Assembly (NCBI RefSeq): GCF_001194135.2
Contig: NC_068988.1
Span: 50,319,364 to 50,383,363 of the forward strand
Source of the DNA: Octopus bimaculoides
Taxonomy: Eukaryota
Direction: 5' to 3'
Length of the DNA: 64,000 bases
The notes beneath the pieces are model-generated. The model was not told the origin of the DNA and did not search any database. It saw only the letters and a list, made by a program, of their open reading frames with translations. Positions within the stretch are counted from its first letter, which is position 1. Every line of letters begins with the position of its first letter. Below are positions 28,401 through 43,500 of the stretch, piece after piece. Made by a program: the position numbers and the translations under genes.

Positions 28401-30113
28401 TTCACTGTTGTAGACAGTAACATTACTGTAATGTATTAGCTTCAACTGTTGCATTTGATGCAACAGGAAACGTGACCAGTGTTGGTCAGTTCAATATCTT
28501 ATCCAGAACATTTGTCTCGTCGTTTTATTGCTACAGAAGTTAGAGTTGAATACTGTTGGCTTTATGATTTTTTAATGATTTGGAAAACACTTTAGCTTTT
28601 CAAATATTTTAATGTACATTTATTTTCACACACACATGCTAAAGAATCAATAACTTTGTGTTCCATCACTGTTTCCCTCACAATAATAAAATAATAATAA
28701 TAATAATAACAATCCCTTCTACTATAGGCACAAGGCCTGAAATTTGTGAGAGGGAGACTAGTCAATTACATCAACCCTAGTGCTCATTGACCCCTGAAAG
28801 GATAAAAGGCAAAGTCAACCTTGGCAGAATCTGAACTCTGAGCTTAAAGACGGACGAAATGCCACTAAGCATTTTGCCTGGCGTGCTAACAATTCTGTCA
28901 GCTTACCGCCTTATATGGTAATAATAGATAACATTCAACTCTTGTTATTGCAGTCAGGGAATATGAGGAAGTTCAGCTCTTTAACCAGTGGTTAGTTCCA
29001 GTTACTGAACTCAAATCCTCACATAGAAATAAAGAGCTTCTCTATTTCAAGAGTGGCATTGGTGCAGGCTTGATTAAAAAGCTTGCTTTCCAACCATGTA
29101 GTCTTTGATTCAGTCCCACTGCAAAACACAGTATTTTGGGGAAGTGTCTTGTGAGTGAATTTGGTAGATGGAAACTGAAAGAAGCCCCTCATATATGTGA
29201 GTATGTATCCTTGTACAGATATCACATGATGATTGTAAAAGGAGCATCATCATCATCATGAGTGAGATTGCGTCTCCAGTCTTCTTTGAAATGCATGTCT
29301 AGCTAGGAGAAAATATTACCATGCTTAGAAACAGTTGAGGCTTAGCAACAGGAAAAGCATCCAGCTGTAGAAAATTTGCCTCAGAAAATCCCATCTGACC
29401 CATGCAAGTGTGGAAATGTGGACATTAAGATAGCATTTAACTTCTTAGTACATGAGATCCTAGTGAAGTATCTAACTCCTCCAGCTCCTTCTTTCTAATA
29501 TGACAACAAAACTATTCACAGGTTTTCAAAATGTAAAGTGTATTTTGGCATGCAACAATGCTCATGTTACTTTTGTTTCAAACCTATTAACACGATGCAC
29601 AAGATATTACATTTGTAATAGTATTTACATTACAAAGTATTACATTACAACTTTGAATGCCTTAAAAACTGGGTTATTCGCAGCCGCCAGTAAAATACAG
29701 CATTATCTGGTGGTAATTACATGATTTGTATTTAAACCTATAACATCTATCCTCATTTTGTAAGACTGTATCAAAATTGCCCCCCCCCCACACACACACA
29801 CACCCTGCCCCTTAGAATGGAGACTTTGTGAATAGAGAAGCTGTTGTAATATCAATTCCGTCACCATAAACTAGGTATTAAGGAACCTTCTATGTGACTG
29901 TTTAAACTAGTAGAAATAGCAGTCAAAGCTCATATGATTTACACCCTTACTTTCTTAAAGGGAAGGAAACGATATAATTTCAGATATATATCAGGAGTGG
30001 TTGTGTGGTAAGTAGCTTGCTTACCAACCACATGGTTCCGGGTTCAGCCTCGGGCCAACCAAAGCCTTGTGAGTGGATTTGGTAGACGGAAACTGAAAGA
30101 AGCCTGTCGTATA

Positions 30114-30154
<41 letters not shown>

Positions 30155-32308
30155 NNNNNNNNNNNNNNNNNNNNNNNNNNNNNNNNNNNNNNNNNNNNNN
30201 NNNNNNNNNNNNNNNNNNNNNNNNNNNNACGTATGTATGTTTGTGTGTCTGTGTTTGTCCCCCCCCCCCAACATTGCTTGACAACCAATGCTGGTGTGTT
30301 TACGTCCCCGTAACTTAGCGGTTCGGCAAAAGAGACCGATAGAATAAGTACTAGGCTTACAAAGAATAAGTCCTGGGGTCGATTTGCTCGACTAAAGGCG
30401 GTGCCCCAGCATGGCCACAGTCAAATGACTGAAACAAGTAAAAGAAAGTAAAAGATAAGAGAAATCTGAAAAAGCGAAGGAATGCTTATAGCTGGAACAC
30501 CTTTGACCATAAGATTTGAGGTGACAGAGAAAAACTAGACTCATGAAAACACAACTAGATTCCATTGAAAATAAAAAAATAGTTATTATGCATGTGTGAG
30601 TGTGGTCCTCATTAATTGTTGGTACATTAATTGGCAGGTTAAGTCTACAATGTAAATTTGATTTCTTAAGTCATTTCAATTGCTTAGTCTTTGAACCTGT
30701 AATTGCTGGCTGTTTTCTCTACCAGTAGAGGAATGGGTTAGGGTGAATTAATTTACTCCAGACATGTTATAGAAGTTAGTATAATGACTCAGTGACATAC
30801 TAAGGATTACAAGATATTTGCATTTTGTTTATAACTGAATATGGTATTATCATCATTGTCATCATCTTTCATATTTTACAACTGCATTTCCATACTAGCC
30901 TGAGTTGGCTACTTCTGTTCCTATAAACTTTCTAGTTACTTGAGGTCCTATATCATCTGATATGTATGTATGTGTCTCTTCTATTTTTTTGTACTCAAGA
31001 ACACAACGTGCTGCTCAGTTTGGGAATTGAGCCTACGATCTAAAAATCATGAGCGCAACACCTAAACTACTTGACCATGCACCTTCACACATATATGCAT
31101 ATATATATATATGTGTGTGTGTGTGTCTGTTTTTGTCCCCCACCCCTGCTTGACAACTGGTGTTGGTGTGTTTACATCTNNNNNNNNNNNNNNNNNNNNN
31201 NNNNNNNNNNNNNNNNNNNNNNNNNNNNNNNNNNNNNNNNNNNNNNNNNNNNNNNNNNNNNNNNNNNNNNNNNNNNNNNNNNNNNNNNNNNNNNNNNNNN
31301 NNNNNNNNNNNNNNNNNNNNNNNNNNNNNNNNNNNNNNNNNNNNNNNNNNNNNNNNNNNNNNNNNNNNNNNNNNNNNNNNNNNNNNNNNNNNNNNNNNNN
31401 NNNNNNNNNNNNNNNNNNNNNNNNNNNNNNNNNNNNNNNNNNNNNNNNNNNNNNNNNNNNNNNNNNNNCTGTTTTTGTCCCCCACCCCTGCTTGACAACT
31501 GGTGTTGGTGTGTTTACATCTCCATAATCTAGCGGTTCAGCAAAAGAGACCAATAGAATAAGTACCATGCTTAAAAACAAGAAAGTACTGAGCTTGATGC
31601 ATTCAACAACAAAAAAATTCTTCAAGGCAGTGCTCCAGCATGGCTGCGATCTAATGACTGAAACAAGTAACCGATAATATGTGTGTATATGTATATATAT
31701 GTGTGTGTGTGTGCTCACACACACCAGCTCCAAACACACATACATACACACATAATTGTGAAAACTGATTTTACAGATCTTCTTCCCATTAGATGTAAAT
31801 ATCATTAAGTCTTACCATATTTAGAGAACTGTCATTTTCCATCTGTCTAATTTGGAAATAATTTCTCATTCTTTATTTATCGTGTGAATGTGAGGAGAGA
31901 GATGTTTAATAATCAGGATTATGGTTCTATCTTTAGTTTCTTATTTTTAGTGTAAAAGGAAGTAGAATAGTTGCAACTGGCCTGGTTGATAAGTTATTGG
32001 ACTACTGACTTGAAGAGTCAACAGTTCATTGCCCATTGGAGTTGTCCCTGTATCCCCCATCTCCCTTCTTATTAGTAATAACAAAAGGAAAAAAAAAGGT
32101 AATGTGAACTTATCGCATTCGGAAAAGGGGAAAAATACTAGGAATGGCGTAGGAGTGGCTGTGTGGTAAGTAGCTTGCTTACCAACCACATGGTCCCGGG
32201 TTCAGTCCCACTGCGTGGCATCTTGGGCAAGTGTCTTCTACTATAGCCTCAGGCTGACCAAAGCCTTGTGAGTGGATTTGGTAGACGGAAACTGAAAGAA
32301 GCCTGTCG

Positions 32309-32339
<31 letters not shown>

Positions 32340-35300
32340 CTCTGTTTGTCCCCCTAACATCGCTTGACAACCGATGCTGGTGTGTTTACATCTCTGTAAC
32401 TTAGCTGTTCGGCAAAAGAGACCAATAGAATAAGTACTAGGCTTCGAAAGAATAAGTCCTGGGGTCGATTTGCTCGACTAAAGGAGGTGCTCCAGCATGA
32501 CCACAGTCAAAAGACTGAAACAAGTAAAAGAGTACAGGATTCACAGCATACAGAGAATATATATTAAAGAGAGCAAAATAACACAAATATATTTCATGCA
32601 CTTTCTAGAGTACAAACCATGTGTTAGGTCAGTGGTTCCCAAAAGGTGCAGCATGCTTCATAGGTGCGGGGGACGAGGATAGCAGGCAAGGCAGAATGAT
32701 TGAAAGACAATCAAAACATTTAGAAACAGTTTCAAAAAAGTCAGGACTTGTGCCTCGGAGTTGAACACTCTAGGTGCAATCCCATGGTCATTCATGACCA
32801 ATATGGGGTCTAAACCCTTTAAGGCTATGCAACAACAGCTTTATATACTTCTCCAACTGGGGTAACTTTGTATCTCCTCTATAGCAAGACATTTGTTCCT
32901 CTCCCTCCATCAGTAATTGAGAATAAGCCACCTCCCTCAGTTGTGGTGTTGTGTTTTGCAAGTTATTTCGTGACCTTACTAGTGCCAGTACCAGGACACC
33001 CAACCATACAAACCATGCCAAAGTAGTTTGGTTACTTGTTTGATGCAGTTCTCTGGCTTACTGGCTCTTCGTTGATCTGTCCAACCCATGCCAGCATGGA
33101 AAGATGGATGTTAAATGGTGATGATGATGATGATGATGACAGTAATGAACTTTCTAAAAGTAGACAAGTGAGCGGGGAAAGATTAATGGATTGGAGTGGT
33201 ACTTTACTTGAAACATAAGAGTAAATCATTGACTCTAGATCTTGTCGATTCAGTAGTAGTTGACCGTGTCTGTGTGCGAGGCTTAGTATGTCTGTTTTTG
33301 TATGTCTAAACAAAGTATGTGGTTGTTTATAAATGGACATGTGCATGGATACACGTATGCACACACACATGCATACATTCACACATATCTCCTCCATCTC
33401 TCTCTTTTTACCTCTGTCTCACTCTCTCCTTCCCCCCTCTCTTTCCTTCCCTCTCACTCTCCCCTTCATTCCCTCCTTCCCCCTCACTCTCTGCCTCCTT
33501 TTCACTCCTCCTTCCCCCCACACTCTTTCCCACTCCATCTCACTATACACATTTTTTTGTTCTTAATCTTTTGTATTTTTTATATTTTTCATTTTGTTTT
33601 TATTATCTATCATAAATAAAGGCAGTAAACTGGTAAAAGTGTTCCCACTCCAGACAAAATGCTTAATGCCATTTCTTTCTGACCCTTTACATTATAAGTT
33701 CAAATGCCTCCAAAGTCATCTTTGCCTTTTATCGTTTGGTGGGGGTTAATAAAATAGGTATCACCCCCCCCCCCACCGAGCACTGAGGTCAGTGTAATTG
33801 ACTTGCTCTATCCCCCAAAATTTTAGCTTTGTACCTATAGCAGAAATAATTATTTATCATTAGTATTATCATAATTTACTTCTTTACCACTTCACTGTCC
33901 TTATTGTTATTATTAGGAGTTCCACTAAGGCGGCGGAGCTGGTAGAATCATTAGCATGATTGGTGTGTTTATGTCCCTCCCTGTAACTTAGCAGTTCAAC
34001 AAAAGAAACTGATAGAATATGTACTAGGCTTAGAAAAAAATAGGTCCTGTGGTCGATTTCTTTGGCTAAAATCCTTTAAGGTGGTGCTCCAGCATGCCCG
34101 CAGTCAAATGACTGAAACATGAAAAAGAATAAAAAGCAAGAAATATAATTTCACATTCCGTTTTTCTCCAAGATTTCCAGGTTTTAATATCATGATTTAT
34201 GATTTAATCAGTATTTTTAGTCTCCATTACCAATATTGTCATCCTTTTTCTCAGGTGTGAAAGTAAACGATCTTGTTCATTTAAAGTGACAAATGAGTTG
34301 TTTGGCGGAGACCCTTGTTATGGAACTCCAAAATATCTAGAAATCAAATACCGATGTTGGTTTGGTAAGAAATGAAACGGTAATATGCATACGCTTGCAT
34401 GTACCTGCCGTTTTCAACCAAATCAAATGGCTGTTTTAGCTTTCCAAGGCTAAATCAAATTTCCCAGGACTATGTCTTCTGTGTTTGTTATTTTCAATGC
34501 TTTTCAATTAGCATATTCTATGATCTTCTTTGTGTGTCTTTGGTTATACATATATTTGAACTGATTATATAAACCACCAGTCTAAGTGGAATCAATTATT
34601 CTCATAGGCTGTAGTTTTAATTTGAACTCAAATATTTGAATGTGTTTATATATATGTATAGTCTGGCACTTGAAGATGATCAGAGAATATACTGATTAAA
34701 ACATGTTAGACACTGAAACACAAAAGATAAAATGAAACAGTTCATTTTTACCCTTTTTATTCTTTTAAATATATCTGCTTTATGAAATCTAGCAATTTTA
34801 GTGAAATTTCATGTCTTGACCAGCTACTGCAGGTAAACATTGCACCCAGCTTGCCACCTAAAAACTTTTCCAAACCGCTGAACATCAAGACATCTTGCAC
34901 GTTGCCCTACCAGTGCATTTTCATCAAGCCTGTTACTTCAACCTTCCTCCAATCAGCCATAAGGCATGCATTTTAAGAGTTTAAAAACAGAAATATTCTG
35001 AAAGATATTTGTATAATCAGTTTTAAAGATAAAGTGTAAAAATCTAGTTTCACATAACAGCTGCTGTGGATTGAAATAATGTAGTTAATTAGTTTCTCAA
35101 ATTGAAATCTTGACAATTTACAATTTCCATGTTCTAGTTTTCAAGTTGTATCTAGAAGTTTCTGTAGTTAGTTGAAGATTTTTGACAAAATTCTTTAAAA
35201 AGTACTCTCATAATTTTAAATCAGTATATTAGAGAAAACTAATTTAGGTTATATTTTCTGAATATTCCAGCATTTTTTTTTTTTTTTTTGCTCCTTTCTT

Positions 35301-38300
35301 TTAATTCTGAAGTCTTACATTTATGTCAGAAGTCCCTATTACACAGATCATTGTTTTGACCAGACTATCAACTCTTTACAAAAAAAAAAATCCCATTTCA
35401 TTTATTATAAAAGATATATTTACAAAATTTATGTCATTTAAGTTATAATTAGTATTTTCATGATGACAATAATCTAGAGTTGTTAATTTTTATAGATCTG
35501 GCATCATGGTATTTCCTATAGATACTTACAATCACAGCTTCATATACACTCAGTCTCACTCACAACAATGTCTTCAGAGGCCTTGTGCCAAGTTTTGGCC
35601 AAAGATATGGTAACTCGAATCCAAACCACTGCCATATGGAGATGTAGGGGGTCTTGTTAATTAAGTAAACCACATCCTGTTTATATGAAGAACCAGACAT
35701 GATCAAGTATTCAGCTAAGACTACAGCCACTAGGAGACCTTTTCTATTATTGATTCTTACATTTCCTGTTTTTACCAAAGACTCTATAAGTAAGACCTCC
35801 TAGAGCTCCTACATTCTTGAGTTCATTGATTTACTTCTGATAATTTCTCTAGATAAAAAAAGCAAAGCAATTGGGACAAGAGAAGAAATGGAGAAGAATC
35901 AAATATTATTCTTATTATTCACTCTATAAACTCATTTCATTACTTCTTGGAATTTTCAAACAAATTTTGATTGTTGTTAATGATGAAAAACTGTTAAAAT
36001 ATCAAGCATTACCAATATCATTAAGATTATATAATCCCATTATTTTAGATTAAGATTAAGAATGACTTAGTATTTTTTATATTTTTTAAAGGTTTATGGT
36101 TTAGTATCAATCAAAATTAGATTTATTTCTTGATCATCAATAAGTGTATTGAACTAGTTTTGAGTATAGGGATGTACAAGTTGTTACCAAGTAGAATCCA
36201 TTACTGAGGTAGATTCTTGTTTTAGAATAGTTTCATCTACCATCTTCTTCACTCTAAAAGACTTCATTAGCATTTCTTGAATATTTTGTGGCAGCAACTG
36301 ATGCTGGAGTATTTACTTATATATTGTATATATATATATATATATATATTGTATATATATATATATTGTATATATATATATATATTGTATATATATATAT
36401 TGTATGCACAAACGTTCTCTCATCCTCTTTCCTCCTTGACCTAGCTGCACATCCAGAATATGACAGCTGTAGCAGCACTTGGCTGGTATTCATTTACAGT
36501 TATATAGACTGTAATAATGTGAAATGAAGTGCCTTGCTCAAGGATACAGCATGCCATCCATCTGACCTAGGAATTGAACCCTTAACCCTATGATCATGAG
36601 CTGAATACCCAGCTGCTAGACCACATCCCTTCAGTATGCATGCACACACACACACACGCACACACGTGTGTGCATCCACCCTCATATATATGTTATTTTA
36701 AAGAACATGTATTTATTTGTCATTGATAATTCATCCCCCTTCACTGCCTCTTTCCACTTCCTCTCCCATTCATTTTTTTTTTAATACCTGATATGAAAGG
36801 TTTTCTTTGACTGATTGCTTGGAATGTTATAGGCTTGCATGATAGAAATGTTTGTGTTCCTTTGACTCTCATTTTCTATGCCAATGCAAAAGAAACCTGT
36901 TCAAAATATTTTCATCTTTACATGGCATCTTAAGCTATTTTTATATAAGGATAACCTAAAACATTTTATATTATTATCATTATTATTATTATTATCATCA
37001 TCATTTGGTGTCTTTGAGTTGGTGAATGATTATTTAAAATGAACATTTACATTACTATTCTTTCATTTTATTGTTTCTAACTGTACTTATATAAAATTGA
37101 TTCATGACAAATCTCAAATGTTTTCTGTATGGTGTTTCAAAACTGTGCTGTTCCAAAAGAACAACTCCTACTACTGCTGGAAAGAATAGAAAACCAAGGT
37201 GATGAATGAGTGGGTGATGACATGTTGGAAGTGAACAGGAACTCCTTAAGTGTCTTCAAAATTGCGCCCTCCTTCTTTTCTTTTGTTCACACATATACAA
37301 CTTTTGTGTATGTGTGCGTGTGTGATAAACAATGGTTGTAGGGATTGGTAGGTTTTAAGCTAAGCAGTAGCACCCTCTTGAGGGCATTATGAGCTCACAG
37401 CATAACAGCAAATGTTAAAGAATGCTATAGTGGGGTGAGGTGGGGGAAGTTTTAGAGGTGTTGAGATTTTTCTTAGAAATAAAATATTTAACGCTTTAGC
37501 ATTTAAACCGGCCATAACCTGTCCAAAAATTCTACTTGTTTTATGTTCAAACCGACCAGATCCAGCCTTTCACATATACCCTACAATGTCATTCTAAGAA
37601 TAAAACAATCACATCACCAAAATCTCGAAGCCACAAGATAATACATGATTAATTCAAAGCAATGTGAATAAATAAGCACTAGATTTGGCAGAGTAATCTG
37701 AATGTTAAAGAGTTAAACTTAGGATGCTTATATTTTAAACACATTTACGGGGAAAACAAAAAAGCATCTTTGTCAGATTAAAATATGGAGATAAGGCATT
37801 GTGTTTATGAGTTATCAGAAAGATGACTGATGATGCACCAAAGTCCAGCATGAGTAGTTATTTCTATAAAAATTTAGCATAAAGGATAGAGAGAGCACTG
37901 ATCCATGCAAAATTATATTTCGAAGCACATGTTAGATGGGATAGTATAACAAAATATGGATAATAAACCACTGAGCATAATTAGCTTGTTTGATTAAAAT
38001 AATTGCCCCACCCTCTTTTTTTTTTTTTGCTTCATAGCATGTAAAGGGGGCATTTGTAAAATGCCATTCAGTGAAAGGAAGGCGGCTACAAATAGCTGAG
38101 AACCACTGAGTGAGGCCCAACTAATCAGTGTACCCATCTAATTATCTGTAGTTTCAGTATAAGTTGTATATATTATGAGTTGTAGCAAAAGTTGATTGAA
38201 GATTGGACTATTAACAGACAAAAGACGCCATGCACCTAACACCTAAGTCTCTATTCCAACACACTCACACTTTATACCACCGACACACCCTTATACTGTT

Positions 38301-38518
38301 TTAAGCCTCATATATTTAATATTTCAGTTGTGTTTTCCATATACCTCCAGATGGTTTTAATTTTATGCATTCACACACTCACACTACAATGATCTCTCCA
38401 ACTTATACAATATTGCTTCCTCATAATCAATTGAATGGTAAATATCAACCAAAGTTAATCCTATTGTTTATATTGATATTTACATTCAGTTTTAATTGGT
38501 AATCATAAAGTGTCATAG

Positions 38519-38574
<56 letters not shown>

Positions 38575-39744
38575 CTTACACTTGGCACAAAATTCCTGAA
38601 TCTTCACATTTCTATGTTTATTTGAGTAGTGGTAAAAGGGTTGATTCATGTACTATAATTCAGTTTTGTGTAATCCAATAAATTAACTTCAGATGGCTAT
38701 ATTTATATACATATATGGCCATAGGGCTAGGATTTAAACCTATTGATTACAACTTGCCTGAGATCACCCCTGGTTCTTGATACAAACTTCCTGTTTTAAA
38801 ATGAACTACATTATATTGAAATTTCATGTTAGTTTATGCCCCAAACACCAGCTTTGTTTTCCTAAATCTTACAACAGAAATATGGTAACAAAAGTTTTAA
38901 TCTCTTGAGTCTATACTGCAACACCCTGAAGTAACAATTCAGTTGATATCCATACATTTAACTTCAAATAATACTGGTTCATAACTGAGTCACATTTATC
39001 TCCTTTCAATGTTAGTATAATTTGAAAAGTAAGTAAAGTTATATATTTGCATGAGTGTATCTCTTGAATGAAGCAAGTGTTTTGGTAGCCAGGTTTTCTT
39101 TTTATTTCCACTTCTATAATGTAACACTGAATAGATAACAAAGTGCTATTAATTAAGCTTATAATACAATGATTCAACGAGAGGTTTAAACTCCTTGCTT
39201 TTCAGTTACAGTCCAGTAACATTCACACTCAGAAATCATACATAAATTTCCAAGGAAGCACTAAGAATCCTTTCACTGACATATTTTCTTTAAAGGTTAT
39301 CTGTTACATTTCATGTTTTTTTTGTTTTTTTTTTTGCCCCACCTATCATCAAATACTTGTCTTTCAACTATCAATGATATCCATTGTTTGTAGTTAAAAG
39401 ATAGAAGCGCGTAAAGTGTCTTTCTTGTTTGAGGCAATAACCTAGTGTCTGCAGTTGGTTCTAGTCATCTTAGCAATCCACAGGGCCTAATAAAGACTCT
39501 CTAATTTCCCAAGCTATTCAATAACTATGTTATTGTACCATTCAGCAATAATATGTAAACTAAGCCCTAAGGCTGGTTGAATATCATTAGCAATAGGAAC
39601 AGCTTCACTCAGTGGTGCAACTTTAACCCTGAAATTTTGCATTGATAACATTGGTATAAATAGATGGCATTTTCTTTTTCCTTTTTCTCTTTTTTTGCTT
39701 TTTTTCTGTTTATACATTTTCTTCTAAAATAATCTAGTTAAGTC

Positions 39745-39809
<65 letters not shown>

Positions 39810-39914
39810 ATAATATAAGTACCACACACATACACATTATCTATAAATAAATGTTTATTTAACTACACGCATTATATTCATAAGAGAAATAAATGTTCCC
39901 CCACACATAATCAT

Positions 39915-39950
<36 letters not shown>

Positions 39951-40398
39951 ATATCAGTTTATTCATTAATATACCTTTCTACTTCATCACCCCCCCCCTT
40001 CACTTTGCAACCCTTCTGATTAAAGTATCATTGACTAGTGGCCCTGTTGCTAATGTTGCTTGACAGATTAAGTAGTTTCAAATTCAGGAGATTGCAGAAG
40101 AATCTGAACTCTTATAGACTACACAACCAAGGTAGGTAGGATATGGTTGAGGAAGGTAAACTATCTTACAGGAGGATCCAATATTATCGTTAACATATGA
40201 CCTAAAATAAGTTCTGATATGAACGCAACCTCTATAATGAAGGTGGAGATGATGGATATTGTTATAGCTTTACTATAACAATCTCTACACAACACCATTA
40301 TCTCAACTACCACCACCACACCACTTATTAATAAAGTACTTATACATGTGTGTGTACAAATTTAAATTTAGGTAGACAAACTAAAGAAAATGTAGTCG

Positions 40399-40436
<38 letters not shown>

Positions 40437-40440
40437 CATA

Positions 40441-40513
<73 letters not shown>

Positions 40514-43500
40514 GCAAAGAATGGTGTTAAGTGCTTAATATGTATCCCCAATATGCAAATTACCAACAACATCAGTGGAATGGCTAACCGCAAGGTACAG
40601 TGTAGTAGGAGAGAAGCAAAGCAACAATACCTTGAACTAATGCTTCAGAGAACTAGTGCTCTTAAACACAGGATATGATACAGAGCATTCCACTATATTA
40701 GGAAGAAGGCAGGACATTCCAGAGACTCAAGAAACTAAATATACCAACCCTTTTATTTTTATTTTATGACATACAGAGATACACTATTCTAAAAAACTGA
40801 CCAAGTTATGAAAATAGCAGAGTTATAAAACAACTGATTAAGAAAAGAATTACTTAGATGAGTCGTAGTTTAGGTTTTTGCCAGGATGGGGTACCACTGA
40901 TGCCCATCTTAATGACACAACTACAGTAGGAGTGTCCTTGATATCTTCTTGATGAGAGAGAGAGAGACAACTACAAGAAAAGTTCTCAGGTAAGAGCAAA
41001 CTACTAAACCTAGCGTTTATCAACCTGGAGAAAGCTTGTGTCAGGATACAATACGTCAGTTTGGTAATCATTGAAAAACAAAAAGATGTAGATAAACAGT
41101 GTGTAAGATCCATGTAAGCTATGTGCAGAGATGCTGTTTGCAAGGTGAGATTTAGCAATGAGTTCAACTTAAAATTTAACTCAAGATCACCTTTTCCAAT
41201 TCCCCCTCCCATCTCAAAGTTACTTGGTGACTCTGCTGGTGCCACATAAAAAGCATCCAGTCCACACTGCAAACTGGTTGGCATTTGGAAGGACATCCAA
41301 CTGTAAAACCCATGCCAAAACTGACCTCACCTGTGCTAGTACCACACAAAAGGCACTCAGTCCAATCTGCAGAGTAGTTGCTTTTAGGAAGGGCATCTAG
41401 CCATAAAAACCATGCCAAAACAGACACAGAAGCTTGGTGTAGTCTTCTGCCTGGTTAGCTCCTGTCAAACCATCCAAGCCATGCCAGCATGGAAGGCAGA
41501 TGTTAAACAATGATGATAATGATGTAGGTGTCTTATCAATTTCTATCCTCCTACTGTTTATTATAATTATCTTGGTCGTGAAAGAAAAATTTACAACAGG
41601 CTGTCCAGGGATAGATACCCTTGTATACTGATAACCTAACAATGGTATCTATCAAGGTTTAGAGAAGAAATTTCAAATGTTAAAAGTAAAATCTAGTTTC
41701 TAGAGACCTCAAAATACACCTAGCAGTAAAGAAGACAGACTTCCATTACCATGCTTGATATGCAGAAGTAAGTAGAAATTATGCATTATATCCATTGTAA
41801 ACTATGGATGCATAAGGTATGGTGGAACTAAGAGCAAGCTGAGTGAAAAGGAAGACTTTGCATGTACAGATAGAAAGGAGTAGTTATCAGTAACAGCATC
41901 CTTGAAATTCTTTAAAATGCTCAGAATGCTTGCTAGAAGTAATTGATAGCTTCTAATTGTAACCAAATTAGCCGTGGAGTTTGTGTTCTAAAAGCATAGA
42001 AGCCAAAGTAAGAACAAGATGTAAAAGATTCAGTAAGCTATTAGCTCTATTGGCAACAAAGGTATTGTCTTACTAAATACTGATCAAATTGTGTAACTCT
42101 TGTTCAAATTCTGCCACAGTTGACTTTATCCTTCATCATTTCAGGGTCAAGGAAATAAGAACTAATTAAGCCCTGGGGTTGATGTAATCATCTACCCTGT
42201 CCCTACCAAATTTCAGGCTTTGTGCCTATAACAAACGATTATTTATCTGACAGAGTTATCTCTCTTCACCCTAAATATAACTTTTTTATTTTCTTACAAG
42301 ATCAATAAAATATATATCAAATAATATACTGAGCTTACTGTAAGTGACTATATACTCTTGTAGCACAATGCTCCAGCATGAGTAAGTCCAATGACTGAAA
42401 CTAATAAAAGAATAAAACTGTACTATGTAAAAGAAGTCTCAATTCCTTACTACAGTCACTTCTATTCCTTACAAGTTTGTAGCTAATAACCACAATAACT
42501 TAATTTTGGTTCTGTGCTCAGTTGCTAAGCTTCAATTGAAAATAATACCAGTGTCTATGTTATTTAATTCTGTTATGGTGAACTTTACTAAACCTTAAGA
42601 CATTCAAAAACAGAGAGACCAATAAACTGGTTTAAACAAGTGCAGACTGTCACACACACCATTCAATCAAACATTGTTTCCCCTCTGTGCAATGTCATTC
42701 TCAAGCTGACAGCAGAAATCTGGGCATATCTGGTTCAGTAGATCTGTATATTTCTTGTATGAAAGTGCCATTGTATATTATAGGTCTATTGGTTAACTGT
42801 TGGACAACAGCGACAATATCAACAATGTACACAGTCTGTGTATTCAATCTTTTGTATGTCAGACGTGTTCATTTGTAAAATACAAACTAAAAAATATTTT
42901 CTTTTCATATTTATTCTCTTTTATTTTTATTTTTTTAACATTTATTTCACTGATATTTTAAGATTTGTCATGATACTGCATTACATAATCTCTTGATGTA
43001 TTCATTTGTTTTACTTTCTTTTTGTCAAACACTTTCATAGCCTTTCTTGATATTATCTATACTTTTATATAACGATTTAAAGACAATTAATTAATGATAT
43101 AAAAACTATAAGAAAACATGATTTTATGAAGTCTTATTTGCCATGTAAATAAGTGGAGTTTCATTCAAATTTCTATTACATTTTACCAGTTCTTTTTTTG
43201 TCTTGTAACTTCATTTATTTTTTCCTAATACCTTACATATACAATTAAAATAATAATTATTAATTCAATAATAATAATAATGTTGTTATTATTATTGTTA
43301 TTATTATTATTAAGGTGGTGAACTGGCAGAACTGTTAGCACATCTGGAAAAATGTTTAGCAGCATTCTGTCCATTTTTATGTTCTGTGTTCAAATTCTGC
43401 CAAGGTTGACTTTGCCTTTCATCTTTTCAGGGTCCATAAATTAAGTACTAGTGGGATTAATGTTCTCAACTACTCCCCTCCTCCTAAATTTAGACCTTAT

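Noticed and set aside
28458-28563. Possible decayed third lectin C-half exon (CNRKRDQC ... LE.xYCWL, about 106 bp)
   Set aside because: Only the ends resemble the real exons. There is no GGDPC core, no AG/GT at the equivalent positions, and a frameshift is required. Likely chance.
36445-36527. Strong pyrimidine tract + AG opening a phase-1 frame ([14 protein letters not shown]..)
   Set aside because: No lectin motifs and no convincing donor; it runs into a SINE fragment.
37151-37198. Short Thr-rich frame [15 protein letters not shown] resembling a linker exon
   Set aside because: No good acceptor or donor, and its phase does not fit the model.
38038-38099. Acceptor-like site giving [11 protein letters not shown]..
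   Set aside because: Stop after 20 codons; the sequence is the end of a CAGTGGTTCTCA-type MITE.
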